From a virus (taxonomy: Duplodnaviria; Caudoviricetes), in the IMG/VR virus record IMGVR_UViG_3300036845_000183, positions 1 to 55,180 of that record: 55,180 nt of DNA. The stretch is one strand, 5' to 3'. Below, piece after piece: positions 34,569-43,310 of the stretch. Under the pieces are notes generated by a model. It saw only the letters and a program-made list of their open reading frames with translations. It did no database searches and had not been told where the DNA came from. The translations under genes were made by a program, and so were the position numbers. The first letter of the stretch is position 1; each line of letters starts with the position of its first letter.

Positions 34569-34706
34569 ATGAGCGAAGAACTACGATCCGAACGGCTGGA
34601 CCTTCGGCTGACGAAGACCGAAAAAAGGAAGTTGCTGGCCAAGGCGAAGGCAACCGGGTGCACCGTGACCAGCATCATTTCCGAGATGATTGCGCAGTTC
34701 AAGTAG
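34569..34706 (+). CDS. Ribbon-helix-helix regulator (45 aa; not in ORF track)
   Basis: AGGAG SD; RLDLRLTKTEKRKL...A...G.TVTSII. Confidence 0.7.
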   Translation: MSEELRSERLDLRLTKTEKRKLLAKAKATGCTVTSIISEMIAQFK

Positions 34707-35291
34707 TCAATGGAACAATAGCGGCAGTCCGCCGAAGCCGCCGACGATCGTTGGCAGGGTCAAGCCGATGCCGCCGGTTGCCGCCACAGCGCCCGTGATG
34801 ATGCCGAGCTGCACCAGCGTATTTTGCACGTCCATGGCCAGCGGGGCGCATGCGAGATTGAGTTGCGCCATCGGGCCGTTGGGGCTCTGCAGGTTAGCCA
34901 GCATGGCTTTGGCATCGCGAGCCTTCTGCAAGGCCTGGAAAATGCCGAGACTCTTGGGAAGTATCCCCTTGATGCCGCTGGCCTGCTGCACGAGCGGAAT
35001 GAGCGCTGTGTAGCACTGGACCGCGGCCTGGTCCGGCGGGTTCTGCGCCTGTGCGTCGGCCAGCGCGTTCTGCAGATCCGTGACGGTGAACTGCTGCAAC
35101 ACGGTCACCGGGTCCGCAGTCGCCGTCGCCTTGGTGATGGGTGCCACCACGGGCGCAGCGATGGACGCCGCCGGGACGGCCGCCATGGCGTCAAAGACGG
35201 ATGCCTTGTGCTTCGTATGACGGGTCGTGGCGGCGTCGGCCAGCGTGCAAGTCGACAAGAGTACGCAGGCGGTAATCAAGTGTCTGAACAT
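34707..35291 (-). CDS. Exported protein with C-terminal hydrophobic tail
   Basis: AAGGA SD; N-terminal signal; C-terminal LGIITGAVAATGGIGLTLP... Confidence 0.75.
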   Translation of the reverse strand: MFRHLITACVLLSTCTLADAATTRHTKHKASVFDAMAAVPAASIAAPVVAPITKATATADPVTVLQQFTVTDLQNALADAQAQNPPDQAAVQCYTALIPLVQQASGIKGILPKSLGIFQALQKARDAKAMLANLQSPNGPMAQLNLACAPLAMDVQNTLVQLGIITGAVAATGGIGLTLPTIVGGFGGLPLLFH

Positions 35292-35302
35292 GGCAGTTCC
35301 TT

Positions 35303-35491
35303 TCAGTAGTACCCGACTGGGCTGTTCTTTTTCGATTTCGGGGGCGGGTTCTCCGCGTCCATCAGCTCGGCTTTCGCACCGTGCAGCCGGGCTTTTGCAT
35401 GGTGGGTACTGGCCATCTTGCGATGGTCATCGGCCGTCATGGTCTTCGGGGCTGCCTTTTTGGCGCCCTTACCACTCGGTTTCTTCGCCAT
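35303..35491 (-). CDS. Small Lys/His-rich basic protein
   Basis: ORF track. Confidence 0.7.
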   Translation of the reverse strand: MAKKPSGKGAKKAAPKTMTADDHRKMASTHHAKARLHGAKAELMDAENPPPKSKKNSPVGYY

Positions 35492-35493
35492 CG

Positions 35494-36036
35494 CTATACC
35501 TTAATGCGCCAGCCGGCGCCGTCGAATTGCGCCTTGCTGCCGCCGATACGGCCCGCATTCTCAGTGTACTTGCCGTTCAGTTCCTTGTTCGCCGGGTCCA
35601 TGCCGGCGTACAGACTTGCGAGCTGCTTGCGGTGCTCCCGGCGGACGTGATCGCCGACAGCCTTCGGCCGCGCCATCAGAAGGGGCCGGAATGCCTTGCC
35701 GTCCTTGTCCGTGCCGGCATGCAGATCGGCGAACAACACCGTCAGCTCCGGGTCTGTGATCGCTTTCCAGCCCTTGTTGTGCGCCGCAGCGATTTCCTGC
35801 GGAATACTGTTGATGACCCGGAACTCCCAGTCCGGGTACCGGTTCTTGTTCGGGATATACAGCTTCAGCGGCCGGTCCAGCACCAAGCCCGCAATGATGC
35901 TGTCGACGTCCTGGGGCTCGCTGAACGGCGATAGCCGCGCCGTAGCGTCGCCGGCACTCGGCGCCGCGGGAATCTCGCCAGGCGGGTTCGGAATGAGGTT
36001 CGGCGTCAAGCCGGATTGAAACGGGTTGCTGCTCAC
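35494..36036 (-). CDS. Conserved head-module protein
   Basis: GTGA overlap; EFRVIN...GWK.I...AGTDKDG...LLMA pattern typical between scaffold and capsid genes. Confidence 0.7.
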   Translation of the reverse strand: MSSNPFQSGLTPNLIPNPPGEIPAAPSAGDATARLSPFSEPQDVDSIIAGLVLDRPLKLYIPNKNRYPDWEFRVINSIPQEIAAAHNKGWKAITDPELTVLFADLHAGTDKDGKAFRPLLMARPKAVGDHVRREHRKQLASLYAGMDPANKELNGKYTENAGRIGGSKAQFDGAGWRIKV

Positions 36037-36269
36037 GTCGCCAATTCCCAGTCGGCTGCCAGTAGGTCGGTCTGCGAGCACAGCCAAGGTACGAAATGGT
36101 TATCTGCCGTTTTCATGTACACGTACGGCAAGCTCATCTTGGAGTGCAAATCCGGGACTTGCAACTTCAGATACATGTTTCTGCCGTTCCAGTTGGCGCG
36201 GCGGACGCAATCACCGTTGTGGAGCTGCTTGACCGCCCACCCGATGGTCTGCTGAGATGTTCGTTCCAT
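36033..36269 (-). CDS. DUF2829 / Tad2-like protein
   Basis: GWAV..L..G..V.R..WNG..MY...PW..SQTD.LA.DW. Confidence 0.85.
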   Translation of the reverse strand: MERTSQQTIGWAVKQLHNGDCVRRANWNGRNMYLKLQVPDLHSKMSLPYVYMKTADNHFVPWLCSQTDLLAADWELAT

Positions 36270-36913
36270 TACTTCTTTCCTTTGGCGCGCTGGTGCGCTT
36301 GGTAGTGGCTTTCGAGCGCCTTCGAAATGAACGATTCGCGCTGTTCCTTCGTGGCTTTCGCGGAAACGAACTTATCCGCCTGCCGCTTGACGTCAGCCTG
36401 AACTTCCCGCGGTGCGTCGGAGAGCTTCGTCCACGGGCCGGACTTGGCACGCGTAGTACCGGCGCCGGCCGTGTCGCTGTCTTTCGGGCCGTCCGTCTTC
36501 TTTGGTTTGGCCGGCGGATCTTGTTCGCCATCCGGGTCCACATCTTCGTCCAGTTCTTCGTCATCTTCCGTCTTGGCCGGCGGCTTGAACTCATCGTCAA
36601 CGGCCTTAATCAGGGCTTCCGCGAACGCCTCCGCGCTGGCGAACTTCGATAGCGTCAAGGCCTTGCCGAACTCGTGAGCCTTCGCCGTTTTCTTCGGATC
36701 GGTGCCGAACCACGGCGCCTTGGTTTCGAGGGCCGCTTTGATTTCGGTATCGCCGAACGGCGGCGCTTTGGGCGCCGTGCTGACCTCCAGCTTGACGATG
36801 TCCGCCATGATCTTGCGCGCGGCTTCCGTGTCGCCATCGGTCACGGCCTTGTCGTGGTGCGCCATCAATCCGGCGCGCGCCTGTTCGCGCATCATCATAT
36901 TGAGGTCGGTCAC
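36269..36913 (-). CDS. Probable capsid scaffolding protein
   Basis: Helical and charged, PWFG.D motif, acidic linker; position downstream of portal. Confidence 0.7.
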   Translation of the reverse strand: MTDLNMMMREQARAGLMAHHDKAVTDGDTEAARKIMADIVKLEVSTAPKAPPFGDTEIKAALETKAPWFGTDPKKTAKAHEFGKALTLSKFASAEAFAEALIKAVDDEFKPPAKTEDDEELDEDVDPDGEQDPPAKPKKTDGPKDSDTAGAGTTRAKSGPWTKLSDAPREVQADVKRQADKFVSAKATKEQRESFISKALESHYQAHQRAKGKK

Positions 36914-37452
36914 TTGATCACCCCGTAAGGATGCGTGTCGGGTTGAACATCGTACCCTGTGCGCTCGCGGATGCTGTCGTATATCGTACGCTCACGGATG
37001 CTATCCCGCCACGGATCGACGGCCGGAGCTTCCGGCGTTGCGGGCTTCGCTGGCTTTGACATGTCCCACTCCAGCGTTACCGGGTCGGGCATGTGTTCGG
37101 CTGGGATGACGCCGATCACGTCGCCGAAGCTGGACACGTAGCGCCAGCCCCCGGTGACTTGGATCTGGCCGCCTTGAACCATGGTGCCTGCGAACGGCCG
37201 GATGACGACCCAATCGCCGATATTGGCCTCCTGCACCTGCAAGCCGTCCGCGTCCTTGTACGAGAACGCCAGCGGTCCCTTGGCCACGATGCGCCCGTAC
37301 ATGACGTTGTGCTGTGCCAGTTCTCTGGTAGCGTCGGCCAGATGCACGCTGCCGACCATCTTCGGCGGCATGGGGATGCGGATAATCACCATGTCTCGCG
37401 TCGGCTGCACCTTCTCATAGGGGGCTTCGAAACCGTGAACGCCGACGCTCAT
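36910..37452 (-). CDS. groES: GroES-like co-chaperonin
   Basis: QP..DMVII...GRIVAKGP.A...IGDWV....AG...D.IGVI. Confidence 0.8.
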   Translation of the reverse strand: MSVGVHGFEAPYEKVQPTRDMVIIRIPMPPKMVGSVHLADATRELAQHNVMYGRIVAKGPLAFSYKDADGLQVQEANIGDWVVIRPFAGTMVQGGQIQVTGGWRYVSSFGDVIGVIPAEHMPDPVTLEWDMSKPAKPATPEAPAVDPWRDSIRERTIYDSIRERTGYDVQPDTHPYGVIK

Positions 37453-37679
37453 TTCAGCTCCTGTTCAAAGGCAAGTCGCACGGCCGACGCCGGGGCGGTA
37501 AGTAGACTTTCAAGGTCATGGTACGCCGCCGCCCGCCCCTGCGTTGTCGGGTCCACCGAGACTCCCCCCAGGAACTGCTGGACCGCCCCCGCCTGCCGGC
37601 GGCGCAGCACCTCCACCAGCGCCTTGGTCTCCGGGCTGTTGAGCCATTCCGTCAAGCCCGCCCCCCGCACCAGCCACAT
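37449..37679 (-). CDS. Small head-module protein
   Basis: GGAGG SD; EWLNSPETKAL; overlaps portal tail. Confidence 0.65.
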   Translation of the reverse strand: MWLVRGAGLTEWLNSPETKALVEVLRRRQAGAVQQFLGGVSVDPTTQGRAAAYHDLESLLTAPASAVRLAFEQELK

Positions 37680-39459
37680 TGCCCGCCTCCTGCATCATCA
37701 TTTGTACAGCTTGCTCTAACTGAGCCATTTGGAGCAGTGCCGTACGATTGTCAAGCATGCCGCCGCTGGCTTCGACCAGATTTTTCAGCGCCTGCGTGAG
37801 CTGCACCGCAACGGCGCCCGTAACCTTGATCTTTTCGGACTGCTGCTTCATCAAGCCGATTGCGCCTTGCATCTTTTCGTGCGGCGTCGCCTGGGGCTGT
37901 TGCGGCGGCGCAATCAAGTCCTCTGGGTTTGATATCCGAAGCGTTTGCAGCAGCCGCAACCCGACTTTTTGAGGGTTGAATACCACCGGTAGCTCTAGCA
38001 GTTCCTTGTATACGCCAGCCAGCGCACTGCGGTGCATCTCCGTCGCAAGTTGCGGGTCCGCAGTGATCGCGATGCCAGCGGCCTGCGATACCGACACGCC
38101 ATCAGGCAGCATGTCGTAAGCATCGGCCATCCGCACGAACTGGCGAATTTCTTGCGTCAGGGACGACACGAGCCGGCGGTGCACTGCCGATTGAACCTGC
38201 GTCCCGCTGTCGATCAGTCCCTTGGCCAGTGTCGCTGTCATGGATGCCGGGGCGTTCTCCATGAGGTTGAGCGTACCGGCCAGGCGATCGCCCAGCGTCA
38301 TCATTTTTTCGAGCACTTGGACGGAGCCCGCGGAAACTGACTTGACCGGAAACATGGTCGTTGAGTCGGCGAGCGGGCGGCCCTCAAGTGGGAGGAAATT
38401 CATTCGGTTGTTTTTTAGTTCAACCTTATCGGGCACCCCAATTCCAGGGCTGCTCGCGATGCCGCCGTTCTGTGCTTCCGATTGCGCGGTGTCCACGATC
38501 GACGCAAGCAAACCGTCCGCGGAGCTTTCAATACGGTGCAGCAACTTTCCGAAACCGATCGGCAGGAAACCACCTTTCGGGTCCGGTAGCATGCGGTACG
38601 GGTAGAACCGCTGTACGGGGTTGAAGAATAGCGCATCGTTGGTATCGACGACCGTTTTCTTCGTCCATCGTGGCGTAATCTTGACGACTTCGGCCGTATC
38701 ATCGCACGAAATTACGATGGTCCACGGCTCGTCAATTTCATCGCCGTCCAGGTCCAACCACAGATCGGTCTTGTAGAATTTCTTCGGTGCCTGCGGGTCC
38801 AGGTCGTCAAACTTCGGGTCGTAGTCAATCCAGTGCCCGCGTTGAATTGATCGTTCGATCTCGTAAGGGTAGCGCTCAAACCGGAGCGTGATACGCGGCG
38901 CCCGCTCAATCGAACGCACGTTGGCGTTGATGATGACTTCCTGGAACGTACGAAACCACGAATGAAACTCGCGGTCGTCCACATCAAACTCTCGTTCGCG
39001 CCATGCCAAGCCGGTAACGGACATGTGAACAATTAGCGGATCGGTATCAAGTAGCCAGTTCGGGTCCGCAGTGCGAAGTTGGCTTGAAACCCAGTCCGCC
39101 AGCTTTTCGCCGCCGGGTTCGCTGGCGCGGGCCAGATCAGGTTCGCCAAGTAGCGCGTCGGTAGCGCGGGCCGAAAACTGAATGACGGCCGATAGCGTCA
39201 TTTCGGTAGCTGGTGGCGGCTCCTCTCCGGCGCCTTCCTGTTCGCGATTCTCCGGCTTGGCGTTGCCGTGATCGGCTTCGACGCTGTCCAGATAGCCTTG
39301 CGCTTCGCCGGCCCAATCCGACATGCTGCTTTCGTCGATACCGATCAGCTCAATGATGTCGGTGGCGAGTTTCCGGCGTTCGTCGGCGTCCAGCTTTTCA
39401 GCCAGATTTTTGAACGTTTCGGGTTTGCTCAGGTCGAACTTAAGAACCGGAGGATGCAT
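37516..39459 (-). CDS. Portal protein
   Basis: 647 aa; D..S...W, AVIQFSARA, DLDGD...EP, GF.PIGFG.LL, VHRRL; Gln/Gly tail. Confidence 0.88.
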   Translation of the reverse strand: MHPPVLKFDLSKPETFKNLAEKLDADERRKLATDIIELIGIDESSMSDWAGEAQGYLDSVEADHGNAKPENREQEGAGEEPPPATEMTLSAVIQFSARATDALLGEPDLARASEPGGEKLADWVSSQLRTADPNWLLDTDPLIVHMSVTGLAWREREFDVDDREFHSWFRTFQEVIINANVRSIERAPRITLRFERYPYEIERSIQRGHWIDYDPKFDDLDPQAPKKFYKTDLWLDLDGDEIDEPWTIVISCDDTAEVVKITPRWTKKTVVDTNDALFFNPVQRFYPYRMLPDPKGGFLPIGFGKLLHRIESSADGLLASIVDTAQSEAQNGGIASSPGIGVPDKVELKNNRMNFLPLEGRPLADSTTMFPVKSVSAGSVQVLEKMMTLGDRLAGTLNLMENAPASMTATLAKGLIDSGTQVQSAVHRRLVSSLTQEIRQFVRMADAYDMLPDGVSVSQAAGIAITADPQLATEMHRSALAGVYKELLELPVVFNPQKVGLRLLQTLRISNPEDLIAPPQQPQATPHEKMQGAIGLMKQQSEKIKVTGAVAVQLTQALKNLVEASGGMLDNRTALLQMAQLEQAVQMMMQEAGNVAGAGGGLDGMAQQPGDQGAGGGAAPPAGGGGPAVPGGSLGGPDNAGAGGGVP

Positions 39460-39465
39460 GTTTTG

Positions 39466-40206
39466 TCATACAACTTTCTTGGCTGCGGTGTCAACGACGG
39501 CTTGGCAGAAGGCAAGCATCTCGGCTTCGGGAAGTTCGTGCTTTGCCAGATTGTACCAGTTGCAGACGATTTGCACATTTCCGCGGATGTAGCCCTTCGT
39601 GCTGTCGATTCGATCAATTGAAGGTGCAAAAGGGTGCCGGCGCAGTTCTGGATGCGGTGCCAAGTCGAACAAAAAGCCGGTTCGAGGGCAAGTACCGGCG
39701 GCAACGAGAACATAGATGTCATCAAAAATGAGGTCGAACTCTCGATTTTCTTTCACTGCACGATTACGCGCGCCGTGCAGTAGCATCCCGGCGCGGCCTT
39801 GCACTGTGGCATAGCGAGCAGCGCGCCACGCTTTGTCTTGCCCCGTCTCTCGATAGCGTGCGGTCGCGGCTGCCTGAGAGGCCTTCCCTTTTTCGCTTGC
39901 GTTATACTTCGCACTGGCTCTGCTCTGTGCTGTTAGGTATTCGCGGTCTCCTTTAGCAACCTTGGCAGCGTGGCGGCGACGTTGGTATTCATTCGCACGT
40001 TCCGAATTTTTGCTTTGCCAATTTGCTGAGCGTTGTTTTGTACGTGCTTTAAAATTTGGATCTGTCGCGTACCGCTCTTTAAGTCGAGCGCTATTTTCCG
40101 CAGACTTGCAAGCTTTGCATTTTAGCTTCCACTTTGGAAAGAGCGACAGCGATTTTTCTTGGTTGCACGTACTGCAAACTTGTGTTTCTTCTACTGAATT
40201 TGACAT
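39466..40206 (-). CDS. HNH-like (His-Me finger) homing endonuclease
   Basis: CSTC..K...CKAC; PSIDRIDS.KGY..GNVQIVC..YN.AK; lower GC than flanks. Confidence 0.8.
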   Translation of the reverse strand: MSNSVEETQVCSTCNQEKSLSLFPKWKLKCKACKSAENSARLKERYATDPNFKARTKQRSANWQSKNSERANEYQRRRHAAKVAKGDREYLTAQSRASAKYNASEKGKASQAAATARYRETGQDKAWRAARYATVQGRAGMLLHGARNRAVKENREFDLIFDDIYVLVAAGTCPRTGFLFDLAPHPELRRHPFAPSIDRIDSTKGYIRGNVQIVCNWYNLAKHELPEAEMLAFCQAVVDTAAKKVV

Positions 40207-40292
40207 TTTAGCCCCCCTTTGATATTTTGCGTCATCATCGATCGCGGACACTTATTAGCATCAGGCCAGTAAGATGTCAATAGGAGGTTGTC

Positions 40293-41225
40293 ACGCAAGT
40301 CATTGACAGAAGTTTGCAGAGCTCGCAGTACTGGCCGGGTTTGTTTGCTTTGTTTGGGCTCGATTACGAAAGATTGAGTCCGATCTATACGCAGTTCTAC
40401 GACCCGAAGTCGTCAGAGAAGGCGTTTGAGGAATTCATGACAGAGCGCGCCGGCCTCGGACTCGCCGTCCAGCAACCCGAACTGGAGCCCGTGCAGTTCG
40501 ATATTCCGAACGAAGGCTACCGCACCCAGGTCACGCACGCCTCCTACGGCCTCGCCGTCGCAATCTCCCGCGAAGCGAAAGACGACAACCTCTACGAAGA
40601 CGTCGGCTCGCGCATGATGAAGGAACTGGCCTTCAGCGCGCGGCAGACCGAGGAATACATTGCTCACGCGCCGCTGAACGTAGCCGGCGATGCAGTGAAC
40701 GGCCTCCGTGCCGACAACGTCCCGCTGATCAGCGCCAGCCACCCGACCGCAACCGGCAACCAATCGAATCAGCTCATTTCGGCGAACGTATCGGAATTGG
40801 CTTTCGAGAACGCCGTCATCCAGATCAGTTACGCCCGCAATGGCCGCGGCTTCATCATCAATCTGCTGCCGAAACGTGTCATCGAATCGGTGGAAAGCGG
40901 CCCGGAAACCCGGCGTATTCTCGGTTCGCCGCTGCAGTGGAACGCGCAGACCAACAACATCAACGTGCTGCGTTCCACCGGAGCGCTGCCGGAGGTCGTC
41001 GAAACGCCGTACCTGGTCGACAAGGACAACTACTTCATCCAGACCAGCGAGCAGGACAAAGACAACGGCCAGGGCTTCACGTTCTGGGAGCGCAGCCAGC
41101 TCGAAATGCGCGAAGACAGCAACTGGGCCAACCAAGCTTCGCTCATGGCGATGTGGTTCCGGTGCTCCGTTTCGATTGTTGACTTCCGTACGGTTTTCGG
41201 TAGTTTGGGCGCTGACGGCACCTGA
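40293..41225 (+). CDS. Major capsid protein, apparent ACG start (alternative TTG at 40314)
   Basis: WPGLFALFGLDY...S.KAFEE...YGLA..IS.EA.DDNLY; AGGAGG-TTGTC-ACG; strong codon bias. Confidence 0.9.
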   Translation, partial: TQVIDRSLQSSQYWPGLFALFGLDYERLSPIYTQFYDPKSSEKAFEEFMTERAGLGLAVQQPELEPVQFDIPNEGYRTQVTHASYGLAVAISREAKDDNLYEDVGSRMMKELAFSARQTEEYIAHAPLNVAGDAVNGLRADNVPLISASHPTATGNQSNQLISANVSELAFENAVIQISYARNGRGFIINLLPKRVIESVESGPETRRILGSPLQWNAQTNNINVLRSTGALPEVVETPYLVDKDNYFIQTSEQDKDNGQGFTFWERSQLEMREDSNWANQASLMAMWFRCSVSIVDFRTVFGSLGADGT

Positions 41226-41234
41226 TGGCTCCGT

Positions 41235-41314
41235 CGCCCTACTTGGGCGTTTCCTCCCCAGACTTAGGGGCCTCCCGACTAGCAAATTGGCTGACCGGAG
41301 GCCCCTCTTTTTCT
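41235..41314 (+). terminator. Terminator after the capsid gene, preceded by a small hairpin and a TTTCCTCCC tract
   Basis: AGGGGCCTCC...GGAGGCCCCT-CTTTTTCT. Confidence 0.75.
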
Positions 41315-42193
41315 TCAGGCAGCTTTGGCCATCGGTGGCAACCAGTCGGGCGGCGCGGGCAGCTTGATATCTGGCGCCAGCCGCGCGGCCAGCGGCCGAT
41401 GAAAGTCGATGACCGACAGAAGTGCCAACCCGGCATCCGCGGCTTTCGGTCGCGGGCCGACTGAACGCGCCGCCATGTCGATACGCGGCCAACCAAGGTC
41501 CACCAGCCGGCGGCCGTGCTCCCGAATGGCCGGGTAGTGGTGCACCAGCCAGACGAAGCCCAGCGTTGCGTGCTCGGTCACCAAGGCATTCGCAGGCGCC
41601 AGTCCGGCAATCAGCTCCAGCGCGGCGTTCAGCTCGCCAAGCGGCACTGGAGCGGCCCGTTTGGCGTAACTCGGCGAGCCATGGCCGAACAGCGATTTCA
41701 GCGCTCCGATGCATGCGATCTTGGGAACTGCGAATTCTTGCTGCGCTATGTTGGCGTCCACGATCGCCAAGCCGGCCTCCTGTACCAGCCTGTTCAGCGC
41801 AATCGCTTCCGGGTCGCCGGCCGCCACTTCGGCCATGAATAGCATGCCCTGCGGAACCTTGCGGATGCGCGTGTTGCAGGCGAGGAAGATTTCGATTTCG
41901 CGTTTGCGGTCGTGCACGTCGTAAATGTCGCACGGCAGCACCTCGCGGCCAGCAATCAAGCCGCCCTCCCATCGGTGGCGACCGTCTACCACAAACAGCG
42001 CTCCGTTCGCGCGGCGCACAACCCGGAGCCGGCCGAACACGGCGAGGTCGAAATGACGGCCGATTTCACGTATCAGCCGCGGGTTGCGAGGTGCGATAGC
42101 CTGGTAGGTGGTGTCGATGTTGAGTAGCGAGGCCGGCACGTCGGCGGGCTCGGGTCGTTCTTCCAGCATCATCTCCCAGGGGAGTAAGTTCAT
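41315..42193 (-). CDS. ParB/Srx-like N-terminal domain protein (DUF6551-like)
   Basis: LNID..YQ...FD....G.L.V..R.....VVDGRHR; E..IF...N. Confidence 0.8.
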   Translation of the reverse strand: MNLLPWEMMLEERPEPADVPASLLNIDTTYQAIAPRNPRLIREIGRHFDLAVFGRLRVVRRANGALFVVDGRHRWEGGLIAGREVLPCDIYDVHDRKREIEIFLACNTRIRKVPQGMLFMAEVAAGDPEAIALNRLVQEAGLAIVDANIAQQEFAVPKIACIGALKSLFGHGSPSYAKRAAPVPLGELNAALELIAGLAPANALVTEHATLGFVWLVHHYPAIREHGRRLVDLGWPRIDMAARSVGPRPKAADAGLALLSVIDFHRPLAARLAPDIKLPAPPDWLPPMAKAA

Positions 42194-42250
42194 TACGCGT
42201 CTCCATTGGTTAAGCCCCATGCCCGTACAACTACGAAGGACCTGTGTGTA

Positions 42251-42270
42251 TGTCAAGTACGTACTTGACA
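42251..42270. promoter_or_regulatory. Perfect 20-bp palindrome with back-to-back TTGACA boxes
   Basis: TGTCAAGTACGTACTTGACA between divergent genes. Confidence 0.8.
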
Positions 42271-42328
42271 AGTTCCCGCGGGGCGCCGCTTATGTCGGCC
42301 GCCGAACATAAGGCACGAGGGCAAAACC

Positions 42329-42553
42329 ATGACGGGAGACGGGTATTTTTGGGCTCGGACGCCCAAGGGAGAGCTATTTGTAGTGCTGGTCGTCAGCGGG
42401 CAGGGCTATGTGGCCGCCGTTGAGTGTGCTATAGATTTGGTGCAAATCGATATTCTGGAGCCCGTCGCGTGGCCTACGGCATCCGCAGCCCCAAACCAAA
42501 GTTCCGACCGTACGAAACATGGGCTGCATGTAGTCGGTGCAATGCTCGCGTAG
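42329..42553 (+). CDS. Hypothetical protein
   Basis: GAGGG SD. Confidence 0.5.
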   Translation: MTGDGYFWARTPKGELFVVLVVSGQGYVAAVECAIDLVQIDILEPVAWPTASAAPNQSSDRTKHGLHVVGAMLA

Positions 42554-43083
42554 CGTACCGCACCTTGGCCCGAGAGAGGCTCACTGGCTTGCTGGTTTGC
42601 ACGAAGGCCTCGGGCCGCGCGGTACGGCCTTGTCTCGACCCTTGGCCGGCGGTGTACGATTTCCAGGCCTTTCCCGACAAGTCAATCGAACCGCCGCCGG
42701 AACCCTTACCGCTGCGCTACAATCTGGACGCCATATGGGGCAGCGGCCCCGTGTCCGGCACGACGGCGACCTTTGCCAACGCTCCGGCGCCGGCCCCCGA
42801 CGATGCGACGCGATTGAATGCGCTGGTGAAGTCGGTGCCGTACTACGCCACGATCGGCAAGTCAGCGGCATTCCCGCCTATCAACCCATCGGTGCAGCAG
42901 ACCATTCTTGACGCGGTCACCATCATACCGGCAAACTACGACGGTACATTTTTGCCCTCCAGCTCGGTTCGAACCGTGACGCCGCCGAACGAAGCTGCTG
43001 AACTGGCCGCGGCCTCCGGCATGGACCCGGACGTCACCGACAAGATATGGTCGCCACCATGGACCGTGAACCAAGGAATATAA
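42469..43083 (+). CDS. Zinc-finger-bearing putative virion protein
   Basis: CSRC...L..E..TGLLVC...CLD; GGAG SD before GTG. Confidence 0.7.
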   Translation: MAYGIRSPKPKFRPYETWAACSRCNARVAYRTLARERLTGLLVCTKASGRAVRPCLDPWPAVYDFQAFPDKSIEPPPEPLPLRYNLDAIWGSGPVSGTTATFANAPAPAPDDATRLNALVKSVPYYATIGKSAAFPPINPSVQQTILDAVTIIPANYDGTFLPSSSVRTVTPPNEAAELAAASGMDPDVTDKIWSPPWTVNQGI

Positions 43084-43220
43084 GCACGTACGGCCCCGAG
43101 GACTGGGTGCGGTTCGCGTTCCGTTTGATTGCGGTCGGGCTGGCTTTTGCGGTACTGTTGATGATGGCAGGCTTAGCGGGGGTGGGCTGGGTGCTTTTTC
43201 ATCTGATTGCGGGGTGGTGA
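43059..43220 (+). CDS. Small membrane protein
   Basis: Translated by hand; long hydrophobic stretch. Confidence 0.45.
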   Translation: MDREPRNISTYGPEDWVRFAFRLIAVGLAFAVLLMMAGLAGVGWVLFHLIAGW

Positions 43221-43310
43221 CGTGCTGCGTGTTATGTTGACTGCGTTGGCTATGGTTGCGTGGGTCGTGCTTATCAGTACGGGCGCCGGCCTGATTTTGG
43301 GGGGCCATTG

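Noticed and set aside
41225-41464. ORF directly after the capsid gene (possible capsid extension)
   Set aside because: Runs through the terminator and antisense into the ParB-like gene; no slippery site seen.
40413-41972. 519-aa minus-strand ORF
   Set aside because: Overlaps the capsid gene antisense and the ParB-like gene out of frame, and crosses a terminator; Arg/Ala-rich shadow composition.
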